Assembly (NCBI GenBank): GCA_039805405.1
Contig: JBDLUG010000001.1
Location: 1 to 33,432 of the forward strand
From: Bacteroidota bacterium
Lineage (GTDB): Bacteria; Bacteroidota; Bacteroidia; Flavobacteriales; Schleiferiaceae
Direction of reading: 5' to 3'
DNA length: 33,432 nt
Every line of letters starts with the position of its first letter. Positions within the stretch are counted from its first letter, which is position 1. Below, one piece after another: positions 8,701 to 15,921 of the stretch. The position numbers were made by a program, and so were the translations under genes. The notes under the pieces were generated by a model that searched no databases, was not told the DNA's origin, and saw nothing but the letters and a program-made list of their open reading frames with translations.

Positions 8701-9120
8701 GAGCGCCTTCGCATTTACCGCGAGCTCGACGCACTACCGGGCCCCGAGGCCCTGGCGGCCTACCGCCTCGGCTTGGTAGACCGCTTTGGTGCGCTGCCCA
8801 GGGCTGCTGAAAACCTGCTTCGCTCGCTGCACATTCGTTGGTTGGGCCAGTCGATGGGTATGGAGAAAATCCGCATTAAGTCGGGCAAGCTGATGGCCTA
8901 CTTTCCCGACGACGCCAACTTCAGCATTCCCGAACACGTGCTGGGCCAATTTTTGCAGGCCCTGCAGCGCAACCCTCAACGGTTTCAAATGAAGCAAAAA
9001 GACCAGCGAAGCTACTTGGTGGTCGACGCCGTGCGCAACGTCGACGAAGCCATTTCACTTCTCGAATCGTGGTCCACGCCAGCGACCAGCGACCAGCAAC
9101 CAGCAACTAGTAACGAGTAA
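5758..9120 (+). CDS. mfd: Transcription-repair coupling factor
   Basis: 1120 aa. Has a CarD/RNAP-interacting region, superfamily-2 helicase motifs (GDVGFGKTE, DEEQKFG, LSATPIPRT, QMRGRVGRS) and a TRCF C-terminal domain. GTG start. Confidence 0.95.
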   Translation: MPEPSSLLSIYRSDRRVADFLRRWTAAAPGSPEALSGAAGSLPAVVAASALLELKRPIVVVRSDKEEAAYFFNDLEKLLPLGSVLFFPDSYRRPYADRDQTDNANIGLRAEVLDRLRGTQPVAVVTYPEALAEKVITRSQLDARSMEVAVGARLDVNFLNEYLFELHFERVDFVEKPGQFAVRGGIVDVFSFAHPEPHRLEFFGSEVESIRTFDVVDQLTLQHVQRMTLVPNVEDKTSTERRESLTAYAGPSALIWVERPEVALEKLERVYRLAEEAFVGLHTVVRRLEPHELYVRSSEWERELSTRGHAVDGHPGDSASWKTLAQPAFAKNFNLLVETLDAHRTAQRGLWIMCGQESQRERLKAIVADVHRGEELHINWIDGALHRGWEDSEAGLVAYVDHDLFERYQRFTIRDQHEQAQALTLKELNGLQVGDFVAHIDHGIGKFGGLQKIDVGGVTQEAIKLVYRDSDVLYVSIHSLHKIAPYATKEGTEPSLSKLGSPAWQNAKSKTKRRVKEVAFDLIKLYAKRREAKGFAYSPDSYLQHELEASFAYEDTPDQMKANADVKADMESPIPMDRLICGDVGFGKTEIAVRAAFKAVADSKQVAVLVPTTLLAFQHFRTFSKRLNGLPARVDYLNRSRTAKETKAVLADLEAGRIDVLIGTHRILGKDLNFKNLGLMIIDEEQKFGVNAKDKLKTLKANVDTLTLSATPIPRTLQFSLMSARDLSVMTTPPPNRQPVDTYLIGFNEERLRDAIAYEISRGGQVYVISNRIQNLSEVAGMLQRLVPDARIATGHGQMNGHEMEELILGFMEARFDVLVSTTIVENGLDVPNANTIIILDAHMFGLSDLHQMRGRVGRSNRKAFCYLVSPPLGGLPEESRKRLQALEQFSDLGSGFKIALRDLEIRGAGDLLGAEQSGFINDLGFETYQKLLAEAVEELKKSDFKDLYEDQRGGWSATRECQLDTDWELLLPDAYVNSVEERLRIYRELDALPGPEALAAYRLGLVDRFGALPRAAENLLRSLHIRWLGQSMGMEKIRIKSGKLMAYFPDDANFSIPEHVLGQFLQALQRNPQRFQMKQKDQRSYLVVDAVRNVDEAISLLESWSTPATSDQQPATSNE

Positions 9121-9136
9121 CGAGCAACCAGCTAAT
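9081..9136 (+). repeat. Heptanucleotide tandem array, 8 units, consensus AG[CT][AG]AC[CGT]
   Basis: AGCGACC AGCGACC AGCAACC AGCAACT AGTAACG AGTAACG AGCAACC AGCTAAT. Encodes the mfd tail (PATSDQQPATSNE*), the 14-nt spacer and the first bases of the ABC gene. Confidence 0.8.
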
Positions 9137-10046
9137 GAACGCACTCACCGCCACCGGCCTGCACAAGCGCTACGCATCGCACCACGCGCTGCGGGGACTG
9201 GACATGGAAATTCCCGAGGGAAGCCTGTTTGGCCTGCTTGGCCCAAATGGAGCCGGAAAAACCACCTTTATTCGCATCGCCAACCGCATTTTGGACCCCG
9301 ACGAGGGCCGAATTGAGCTTTTTGGGGCTCCGCTGGGGCCCGACGCCACGAAGCGCATCGGCTACCTTCCCGAAGAGCGCGGCCTCTACAAAGGCATGAA
9401 GGTCGGCGAGCAAGCGATGTACTTGGCCCAACTGCGCGGACTCTCAGCCTCAGACGCCAAGCAGCGCCTGCGCAGCTGGTTTGAGCGATGGGAACTCCAG
9501 AGCTGGTGGGACAAAAAAGTTAGCGACCTGTCCAAGGGCATGGCCCAAAAGGTTCAGTTCATCACCACCGTGCTGCACGAGCCCGAATTGCTCATTTTTG
9601 ACGAGCCCTTCTCGGGATTTGACCCCATCAACGCGCAACTGATTCGCGAAGAAATGCTCCGCCTGAACCGCGAAGGCCGCACACTCATCTTTTCAACCCA
9701 CCGAATGGAGAGCGTCGAAGAGCTCTGCAGCCACATCGCGCTGGTCAACCACGGACAAAATGTGCTGCACGGTAGCATTCAAGAACTCAAAGACCGCCAC
9801 CGCTCGGGGCAGTTTGTGCTGCGCTACCGAAGCGAAGGTCTGATAAACCTCAACCTCCCCGAGGGCGCTGAGCTGACCGACCACCGCAGTGAAGCTCAGG
9901 GAATCGTGGCGGCTCGGTTCCGCGCCGAAATTAACGACGCGTCGCGCCTGCTTGCCGCGCTGGCTCCGCAGGTCAACGTCTACCAATTTGAAGAGGTGGT
10001 GCCCAGCATCCACGATTTATTTGTTCAAACCGTTCAAGGCGCATGA
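9135..10046 (+). CDS. ABC transporter ATP-binding protein (ABC-2/NatA-like)
   Basis: Walker A GPNGAGKTT, signature LSKGMAQK, Walker B LLIFDEPFSGFD, H-loop STHRM. Confidence 0.9.
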   Translation: MNALTATGLHKRYASHHALRGLDMEIPEGSLFGLLGPNGAGKTTFIRIANRILDPDEGRIELFGAPLGPDATKRIGYLPEERGLYKGMKVGEQAMYLAQLRGLSASDAKQRLRSWFERWELQSWWDKKVSDLSKGMAQKVQFITTVLHEPELLIFDEPFSGFDPINAQLIREEMLRLNREGRTLIFSTHRMESVEELCSHIALVNHGQNVLHGSIQELKDRHRSGQFVLRYRSEGLINLNLPEGAELTDHRSEAQGIVAARFRAEINDASRLLAALAPQVNVYQFEEVVPSIHDLFVQTVQGA

Positions 10047-11362
10047 AACCGTTTCTACTCGTAGCCCAGCGCGAAATCACCACGCGCATTCGCAAAAAGA
10101 GCTTTTTAGTCATGACCGTGCTCGGTCCGGTACTGTTTGTCGGACTGATGCTGGCCCCCACAGTGATTGCCATGACGAGCGAAACCGAAGACCTCAACCT
10201 CATCGTCGTCGACCACAGCTACGTGCTGCCGGGCACACCCAAGGTCGACGGCGCCAACTTGGCCTACTTTGACCCCAAAGAAGTGAGCGAAGAGCAGGCC
10301 CTGGAGCTCGTGCGCACCCGCGAAGACATTGACGGGCTTTTGTACGTGCCGGAATCCGCCAACAGCGACCCCGAATTCAGCCTCAAAAATGCCAAACTCT
10401 ACACCGAAGGCACGGCTCCGCTCGGAATCTCAAGCGAACTCGAAGGCCTACTCGAGCGCTTTGCCTACGAAGGCAAGCTGCGGCACTTTGGCGTCGACCC
10501 TGCCGTGGTGGCCAAAGCCAAGTCCGAGGCCAGTGTGCAAGCGTTTGAACTCAGTGACGAGGGCAGCGAAGCGTCTGGAACCGAAGTCAAAACCGCCGTT
10601 GGATTTTTTGCAGGCATCCTGATCTACATGTTCACCTTCTTGTACGCAGCCCAAATCATGCGGGGCGTCATCGAAGAAAAAACCTCACGTATCGTCGAGG
10701 TCCTCGTGACCACCGTCAAGCCGGCGCAGCTCATGCTCGGCAAAATTCTGGGTATCGCCACCGTGGGCCTTTTGCAGTTCGGAATCTGGATCGCCCTCAC
10801 CGCCCTCGCCTCGACGGCCATTGGCGCGACGGGACTGCTTTCGACCGATCCCGAGCAGGTAGCCGCCCTAAGTGCTGCCGGCCAAGCGGCGCCTGAATTG
10901 AGCGGAATCCAGTCGGCCCTTGGGACCCTCGAAAGTCTCAATCTGCCCGCCCTGATTGGAATGTTCGTGTTCTACTTTCTCTCGGGCTACCTCTTTTACG
11001 GAGCGCTCTTTGCCGCCGTCGGAGCGGCGGTCGACAGCGAAACCGATACGCAGCAGTTCATGCTTCCGCTGACTTTGCCGCTGGTACTGACGTTTATTCT
11101 CGCAACGAGCATCATGGAAAACCCGCACGGCCCCTTGGCCGTGGCCCTATCCATGATTCCGTTTTCGGCGCCGATTGCGATGATGATCCGAATTCCGTTC
11201 GGCGTACCCTGGTACGAAATCGCGGCGAGCATGTCGCTCATGGTCCTCGGATTCTTGGGCACGGTCTGGGTCGCCGGGCGCATTTACCGCGTCGGAATCC
11301 TGAGCTACGGCAAAAAACCTACCTACGCCGACCTGTGGAAGTGGATCCGAATGAAGCCGTAA
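10043..11362 (+). CDS. ABC-2 family transporter permease (NatB-like)
   Basis: ATGA overlap with the ATPase gene. One N-terminal TM, a large extracytoplasmic loop, then a cluster of about 5 C-terminal TM helices, as in NatB/ABC2_membrane_3 permeases. Confidence 0.85.
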   Translation: MKPFLLVAQREITTRIRKKSFLVMTVLGPVLFVGLMLAPTVIAMTSETEDLNLIVVDHSYVLPGTPKVDGANLAYFDPKEVSEEQALELVRTREDIDGLLYVPESANSDPEFSLKNAKLYTEGTAPLGISSELEGLLERFAYEGKLRHFGVDPAVVAKAKSEASVQAFELSDEGSEASGTEVKTAVGFFAGILIYMFTFLYAAQIMRGVIEEKTSRIVEVLVTTVKPAQLMLGKILGIATVGLLQFGIWIALTALASTAIGATGLLSTDPEQVAALSAAGQAAPELSGIQSALGTLESLNLPALIGMFVFYFLSGYLFYGALFAAVGAAVDSETDTQQFMLPLTLPLVLTFILATSIMENPHGPLAVALSMIPFSAPIAMMIRIPFGVPWYEIAASMSLMVLGFLGTVWVAGRIYRVGILSYGKKPTYADLWKWIRMKP

Positions 11363-11373
11363 CTTAGGCAGTC

Positions 11374-12210
11374 ATGACCTTAGAAAACATTCTGGAATTC
11401 CAGCTGCTGACCTACAAAAACTTTGACGTCACTGTCTATGAAGTGGGGCAGGTTCTGCTGATTCTCGCGATCACCCGAACGATCACATTTTTGATTCGAA
11501 CGGCCCTCAACCGGGCGGTGCTGCGGCGTCGAATTGAGCGCGGTTCCGCGTATGCATTGGGTCAAATCATCATGTACGTGGTGTGGACGCTCGCCGTACT
11601 GTTCACGCTTGATTTTGTCGGGGTCCAAATCACCGTGATTCTCGCCTCGTCAACCGCACTTTTTGTGGGCCTGGGACTCGGCCTACAGGATACGTTCAAA
11701 GATTTTATTTCGGGAATCGTGCTGCTCAGCGACCGGTCCGTGGCCGCGGGAGACATTGTCGAGGTAGACGGAATCGTCGGCAAAGTCCATGAGGTCGGAC
11801 TTCGAACCACCAAGATCAAGACGCGCGACGACATTTCAGTGATTTTGCCCAACAGCCGTTTGACGACTCAAGGCGTCATCAACTGGGCCCACCAAGCCAC
11901 CACCTCGAGGTTTCACGTCGAAGTGGGCGTGGCCTACGGCAGCGATACGCGGCGTGTAGAAAAAGTCCTGCTCGAGTGCGGCCTGGCCAACACCAATGTA
12001 CTGAAGGACCCTGAGCCCTCTGTGCAGTTTCGCGATTTTGGATCCAGCGCGCTCGTCTTTCGCCTCTACTTCTATTCGACCCAGCTTTTTCTCATCGAAT
12101 TAGTGAAGTCCGACCTTCGATTTGCAATTGACGAGGCGTTTCGCAAGCACGGAATCACCATCGCTTTTGCGCAAATGGACGTGTGGATCAAAGAGGCTCC
12201 GAAGTCGTGA
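11374..12210 (+). CDS. Mechanosensitive ion channel family protein (MscS-type)
   Basis: Three N-terminal TM helices followed by the MscS beta-domain signature (GDIVEVDG..GKV.EVGLRTTKIKT.D...V.LPNS). Confidence 0.9.
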   Translation: MTLENILEFQLLTYKNFDVTVYEVGQVLLILAITRTITFLIRTALNRAVLRRRIERGSAYALGQIIMYVVWTLAVLFTLDFVGVQITVILASSTALFVGLGLGLQDTFKDFISGIVLLSDRSVAAGDIVEVDGIVGKVHEVGLRTTKIKTRDDISVILPNSRLTTQGVINWAHQATTSRFHVEVGVAYGSDTRRVEKVLLECGLANTNVLKDPEPSVQFRDFGSSALVFRLYFYSTQLFLIELVKSDLRFAIDEAFRKHGITIAFAQMDVWIKEAPKS

Positions 12211-13151
12211 GTGCCACCGCCATTCTCGACTTGGGCACCAATACCTTCAATCTTTTGGTGCGGAATGCCGACGGCGCCCTCGTGTTCAGCGATAAAATTC
12301 CCGTGCGCCTCGGGGCAGGCGGACTCCGCGACGGGGTGATTACCCCCGAGGCCGAAGACCGCGCCGTCGCCGCCGTCGCCCAGCATTTAGCGAGCGCGCG
12401 CGCCCACGGCGCCGCGCGCAGCTTCGCATTCGCCACCTCGGCCATGCGGTCGACGTCCAACGGACGGGAACTGGCCGCCCGCATCGAACGCGAGACCGGC
12501 CAACCCATCAACATTATCGACGGAGACCAAGAGGCAGCCTTTATCGCCGAGGGCACGGCCCAAGCATGGCCCGAGCTCAGCGAGCGCCACCTCATCATGG
12601 ACATCGGAGGCGGAAGCACCGAATTCATCATCCGCGAGTCCGGCCGCAACCTCTGGGCCGAGAGCTTCAGCCTCGGAGTGACCCGACTCTTTGAGCGCTT
12701 TCTGCCGAGCGACCCGCCCACGGCCGCACAGTGGGCCGAGATCGACGCCCACCTCGTGGCCGAACTGCACCCCCTTTGGACTGCACTTGAGGCGAGTCCG
12801 TGCCCTGTGCTGTTGGGCTCAAGCGGCTCGTTCGACACCCTGTACAACGTTATGGCTCACCGATCAGGCGTCGCAGAACTCGAACTGGGCCAAGCCCGGG
12901 CCGAGTTTAATCTGAACCATTGGCCGTCGGCTTCTGCCGCCGTGCAATCCGCCACGACCGAGGCACGAATTTTGATGCCTGGCATGCTCGCTATGCGGGC
13001 CGAAACGCTGCACTTAAGTGCGCGGCAGATCGACCTAGTTTTGGCCCGACTTAATGCACGCCGCATGCTCCTTAGCGGCTTCGCCCTCAAAGAGGGTGTG
13101 TGGAGCAGCATTCAAGACCCCAAAACCCCATGGCGCGCATACTGCTGGTAG
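12183..13151 (+). CDS. Ppx/GppA family phosphatase (exopolyphosphatase / guanosine pentaphosphate phosphohydrolase)
   Basis: ASKHA-fold motifs ILDLGTNTFNLLV and MDIGGGSTEF. GTG 12183 or GTG 12207 are both possible starts; the latter overlaps the mscS stop as GTGA. Confidence 0.85.
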   Translation: MDQRGSEVVSATAILDLGTNTFNLLVRNADGALVFSDKIPVRLGAGGLRDGVITPEAEDRAVAAVAQHLASARAHGAARSFAFATSAMRSTSNGRELAARIERETGQPINIIDGDQEAAFIAEGTAQAWPELSERHLIMDIGGGSTEFIIRESGRNLWAESFSLGVTRLFERFLPSDPPTAAQWAEIDAHLVAELHPLWTALEASPCPVLLGSSGSFDTLYNVMAHRSGVAELELGQARAEFNLNHWPSASAAVQSATTEARILMPGMLAMRAETLHLSARQIDLVLARLNARRMLLSGFALKEGVWSSIQDPKTPWRAYCW

Positions 13152-14275
13152 AAGACGAAAAAGCGATTCGCAACGTACTGCGAAACATCCTCTTGAACGA
13201 GGACCCCAAGCACGCCATTGACGAGGCCGAAGACGGCGACCAGGCCATCGAAGCCCTCGACGCGTCGAGCTACGATTTAGTGCTCTGCGACATCAAGATG
13301 CCCAAACGCGACGGCCTCGAAGTGCTTGCCCACGCCATGAAGCACTACGGCGATACGCCCTTTGTGATGATCAGCGGCCACGGCGACCTCGATACGGCGG
13401 TGGGCTGCATCCGCAGCGGAGCCTACGACTACATCGCCAAGCCCCCTGACCTCAACCGACTTATTACGACCATTCGCCAGGCCCTGGACCGCAAAAAACT
13501 GGTGGCCGAAAACCAGCGCCTTCGCAAAAAAGCCGACAAAAAGTTTGAAATGGTCGGCGAATCCGCTGCCCTAGAAACAGTGCGCGAGGTCGTCGAGAAA
13601 GTGGCTCCGACCGATGCCCGCGTCCTCATCACCGGGCCCAACGGGAGCGGCAAAGAGATCGTGGCCAACCAAATTCACCAGCTTTCGGCCCGTTCGCGCC
13701 AGGCCTTTATCGAGGTGAACTGCGCGGCGATTCCGTCTGAACTCATTGAATCTGAGCTTTTTGGACACACCAAAGGCTCATTCACGAGCGCTATCAAGGA
13801 CCGCAAGGGCCAGTTTGAGCTGGCCGACGGCGGAACCCTTTTTCTCGACGAAATCGGCGACATGAGCCTGTCGGCCCAGGCCAAGGTGCTGCGCGCACTT
13901 CAAGAAAACTGCATTACCCCGGTGGGAAGCGGCAAGTCCATCTCGGTGAACGTACGCGTACTGGCCGCAACCAATAAAGACCTCAAGGCTGAGATTGCCG
14001 CTGGACGGTTCCGCGAAGATTTGTACCACCGCCTAAGTGTGATTGTCATCGAGGTGCCGCCGTTGAACGACCGCCGCGACGACATTCCCCTGCTCGTGGA
14101 GCACTTTCTCGGACTTTTGGACGGAGCCGCCAAACACATGACCCCCGAAGCCATGGCACACCTGCAGCAAATGGACTGGACCGGCAACGTGCGCCAACTG
14201 CGCAACGTGGTCGAGCGCCTGCACATCCTCGGTGGCAGCCCGATCAGTGGGGCCGACGCGGAACGCTACGCGTAA
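13130..14275 (+). CDS. Sigma-54-dependent response regulator (receiver plus AAA+ domain, no C-terminal HTH)
   Basis: Receiver domain (LLVEDE, LCDIKMP, YIAKP). AAA+ enhancer-binding protein core (GPNGSGKE Walker A, ESELFGH.KGSFTSA, GGTLFLDEIG, FREDLYHRL, NVRQLRNVVERL). ATG 13130 (MARILLVEDE) overlaps the ppx 3' end by 22 nt. The protein ends 14 aa after the AAA+ lid. Confidence 0.9.
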   Translation: MARILLVEDEKAIRNVLRNILLNEDPKHAIDEAEDGDQAIEALDASSYDLVLCDIKMPKRDGLEVLAHAMKHYGDTPFVMISGHGDLDTAVGCIRSGAYDYIAKPPDLNRLITTIRQALDRKKLVAENQRLRKKADKKFEMVGESAALETVREVVEKVAPTDARVLITGPNGSGKEIVANQIHQLSARSRQAFIEVNCAAIPSELIESELFGHTKGSFTSAIKDRKGQFELADGGTLFLDEIGDMSLSAQAKVLRALQENCITPVGSGKSISVNVRVLAATNKDLKAEIAAGRFREDLYHRLSVIVIEVPPLNDRRDDIPLLVEHFLGLLDGAAKHMTPEAMAHLQQMDWTGNVRQLRNVVERLHILGGSPISGADAERYA

Positions 14276-14286
14276 ATCCTTAGTTT

Positions 14287-15618
14287 TTAACGCGCCATGA
14301 CCGCCAAGCGGCGGTAAAAGCGCCAGGTCATGGCTCCGGCCGAAAGGGTTAGTCCCACGGCCAAGGCGAACCAGACGCCGACGGCTCCGAAGTCAAAATA
14401 GGTACCGATAATCCACTCGAGCGGCAAGGCAACCACGTAGTACGCTACAAACGTGAAGACAGTAGGAATTTTTACATCCTGAATTCCGCGCAACGCGCCC
14501 AAGGCCGTGGCCTGCATTCCGTCGGAAATCTGAAAGAGCGTCGCCACGATTAAGAGCTGACCCGCAAGCCGCGCAACTGCCGCGTCGTCGGTGTACAAGA
14601 AGGGAAAAAGGTTGCGTCCGAACAAGAACAATAGCCCCGTGAAGGTCATAAAGAGCACGGTGAGCCCAAAAAGACTCGTCGCCGCCTCCCGGGCAGAACT
14701 GTGGTCGCGCTGCCCGAGGTACTGGCCGATGCGAATCGTGGCGGCGGCCCCCAAGCCCGTGGCGGCCATGTAGCTTATACTGGCCAAGCTGATGGCCACC
14801 TGGTGCGCGGCGAGGGCTTCGGCTCCGTAGGTTCCGATAATCCAGGCCGAAAGAGCAAAGGCCGAAACCTCAAAGATGTACTGAAATCCCGTCGGAACTC
14901 CCAGTTTGAGCAGCGCCCACACCCGGTACAGGGTGACGCGAGCGGCAGCCCAAACCTCAGCATCAATGCGCCCTCGAGAGAAAAGTGCAACGTACATGCC
15001 TACTGCCATGGCAATACGGGCAACCAAGGTGGCAACACCTGCCCCCATCATGCCCCATTCTGGGAATCCGAACCAACCGTAAATGAGCAGAGCGTTGAGT
15101 ACGATATTCAAACTATTTCCGGCAATGCTCAAACTCATAGGGATTTTAGTTTCGCCCAAGCCCTCGAGGTACTGCTTGCCCGCCATAAAGAGCATGAAGG
15201 GCAGGTAGCTCAGCGATACGATAAAAAAGTAGTCGCGGTAGGCGTCAATCACGCGCGGATCCTGGCCGGTTTGCTCGGCGCCCCAGGCCATCGAGTAGGC
15301 CATGATCGTCATCAGTACCGCGGCCGCAATATTAACTACCACAGCGTTTTTAAAGAGCTGCTGGCCCTTCGAACGTCGGCGCTGGCCATGGGCGTGCGCA
15401 ACCAGGGGTGTGAGGCCGTAGGCCATTCCGATTCCAAATACGAGCGGAACCGAGAGAATGCTGTTCGCCAATGAAACGGCCGCTAAGGGTATGGTTCCGA
15501 GCCGGCCGACCATCACCGAGTCGGCCACCGACGCCGCGATGTGGCCCACCTGACCGGCGACCACAGGAAGGGCGAGCGGCGCGTTTTGGCGCCACTGAAG
15601 TCGGTTCCAGAAACTCAT
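14287..15618 (-). CDS. MATE family efflux transporter
   Basis: 443 aa with 12 predicted TM segments. The N-terminal region (ALPVVAGQVGH..VADSVMVGRLG..LAAVSLA) is typical of NorM/DinF MATE pumps. Confidence 0.9.
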   Translation of the reverse strand: MSFWNRLQWRQNAPLALPVVAGQVGHIAASVADSVMVGRLGTIPLAAVSLANSILSVPLVFGIGMAYGLTPLVAHAHGQRRRSKGQQLFKNAVVVNIAAAVLMTIMAYSMAWGAEQTGQDPRVIDAYRDYFFIVSLSYLPFMLFMAGKQYLEGLGETKIPMSLSIAGNSLNIVLNALLIYGWFGFPEWGMMGAGVATLVARIAMAVGMYVALFSRGRIDAEVWAAARVTLYRVWALLKLGVPTGFQYIFEVSAFALSAWIIGTYGAEALAAHQVAISLASISYMAATGLGAAATIRIGQYLGQRDHSSAREAATSLFGLTVLFMTFTGLLFLFGRNLFPFLYTDDAAVARLAGQLLIVATLFQISDGMQATALGALRGIQDVKIPTVFTFVAYYVVALPLEWIIGTYFDFGAVGVWFALAVGLTLSAGAMTWRFYRRLAVMAR

Positions 15619-15624
15619 AGGGGA

Positions 15625-15861
15625 TTAGTCTTCGAGGTCCTCGTAGCGATCAACTTCTCGCTGGTAGAAGGCCTGCGCCTCGCCGAGCAACTTGGCCATT
15701 TCGTCGGTCAAGTCACCCTCGTCCTCGCCGTCCACGTCGTCGAGCCACTCAATTTCGTCGGTGTCGAGATCCATGACAAAACGTGGGAACTCAGTGTGAA
15801 TGAGAAATACGCTGTCGGGGTGGTCGGTGTTGTCGCCTACGAGAAACTTTGGAATGGCCAT
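15625..15861 (-). CDS. Small acidic hypothetical protein (78 aa)
   Basis: Host-like GC3 codon usage. Lies 6 nt upstream of the MATE gene on the same strand. Highly acidic C-terminal half (DLDTDEIEWLDDVDGEDEGDLTDE). No family recognised. Confidence 0.6.
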   Translation of the reverse strand: MAIPKFLVGDNTDHPDSVFLIHTEFPRFVMDLDTDEIEWLDDVDGEDEGDLTDEMAKLLGEAQAFYQREVDRYEDLED

Positions 15862-15909
15862 GGCTGCGGGGAGTTCGTTGATTCCCCCGAAGGTACGCCG
15901 CGGCCGCAG

Positions 15910-15917
15910 TACATTTA
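15910..15917 (+). promoter_or_regulatory. -7-like promoter element TACATTTA, 4 nt upstream of GTG 15922
   Basis: Near match to TAnnTTTG in the 60-nt divergent intergenic region. Confidence 0.3.
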
Positions 15918-15921
15918 GCCC

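Noticed and set aside
9102-9114. SpeI (ACTAGT), NheI (GCTAGC) and SacII (CCGCGG) sites clustered at gene junctions (also 355-410 and 31574-31598), which could suggest synthetic or cloning scars
   Set aside because: The sites are by-products of degenerate tandem heptamer and 17-mer repeats. These repeats also encode natural C-terminal tails and stop codons, and nothing else in the window looks engineered.
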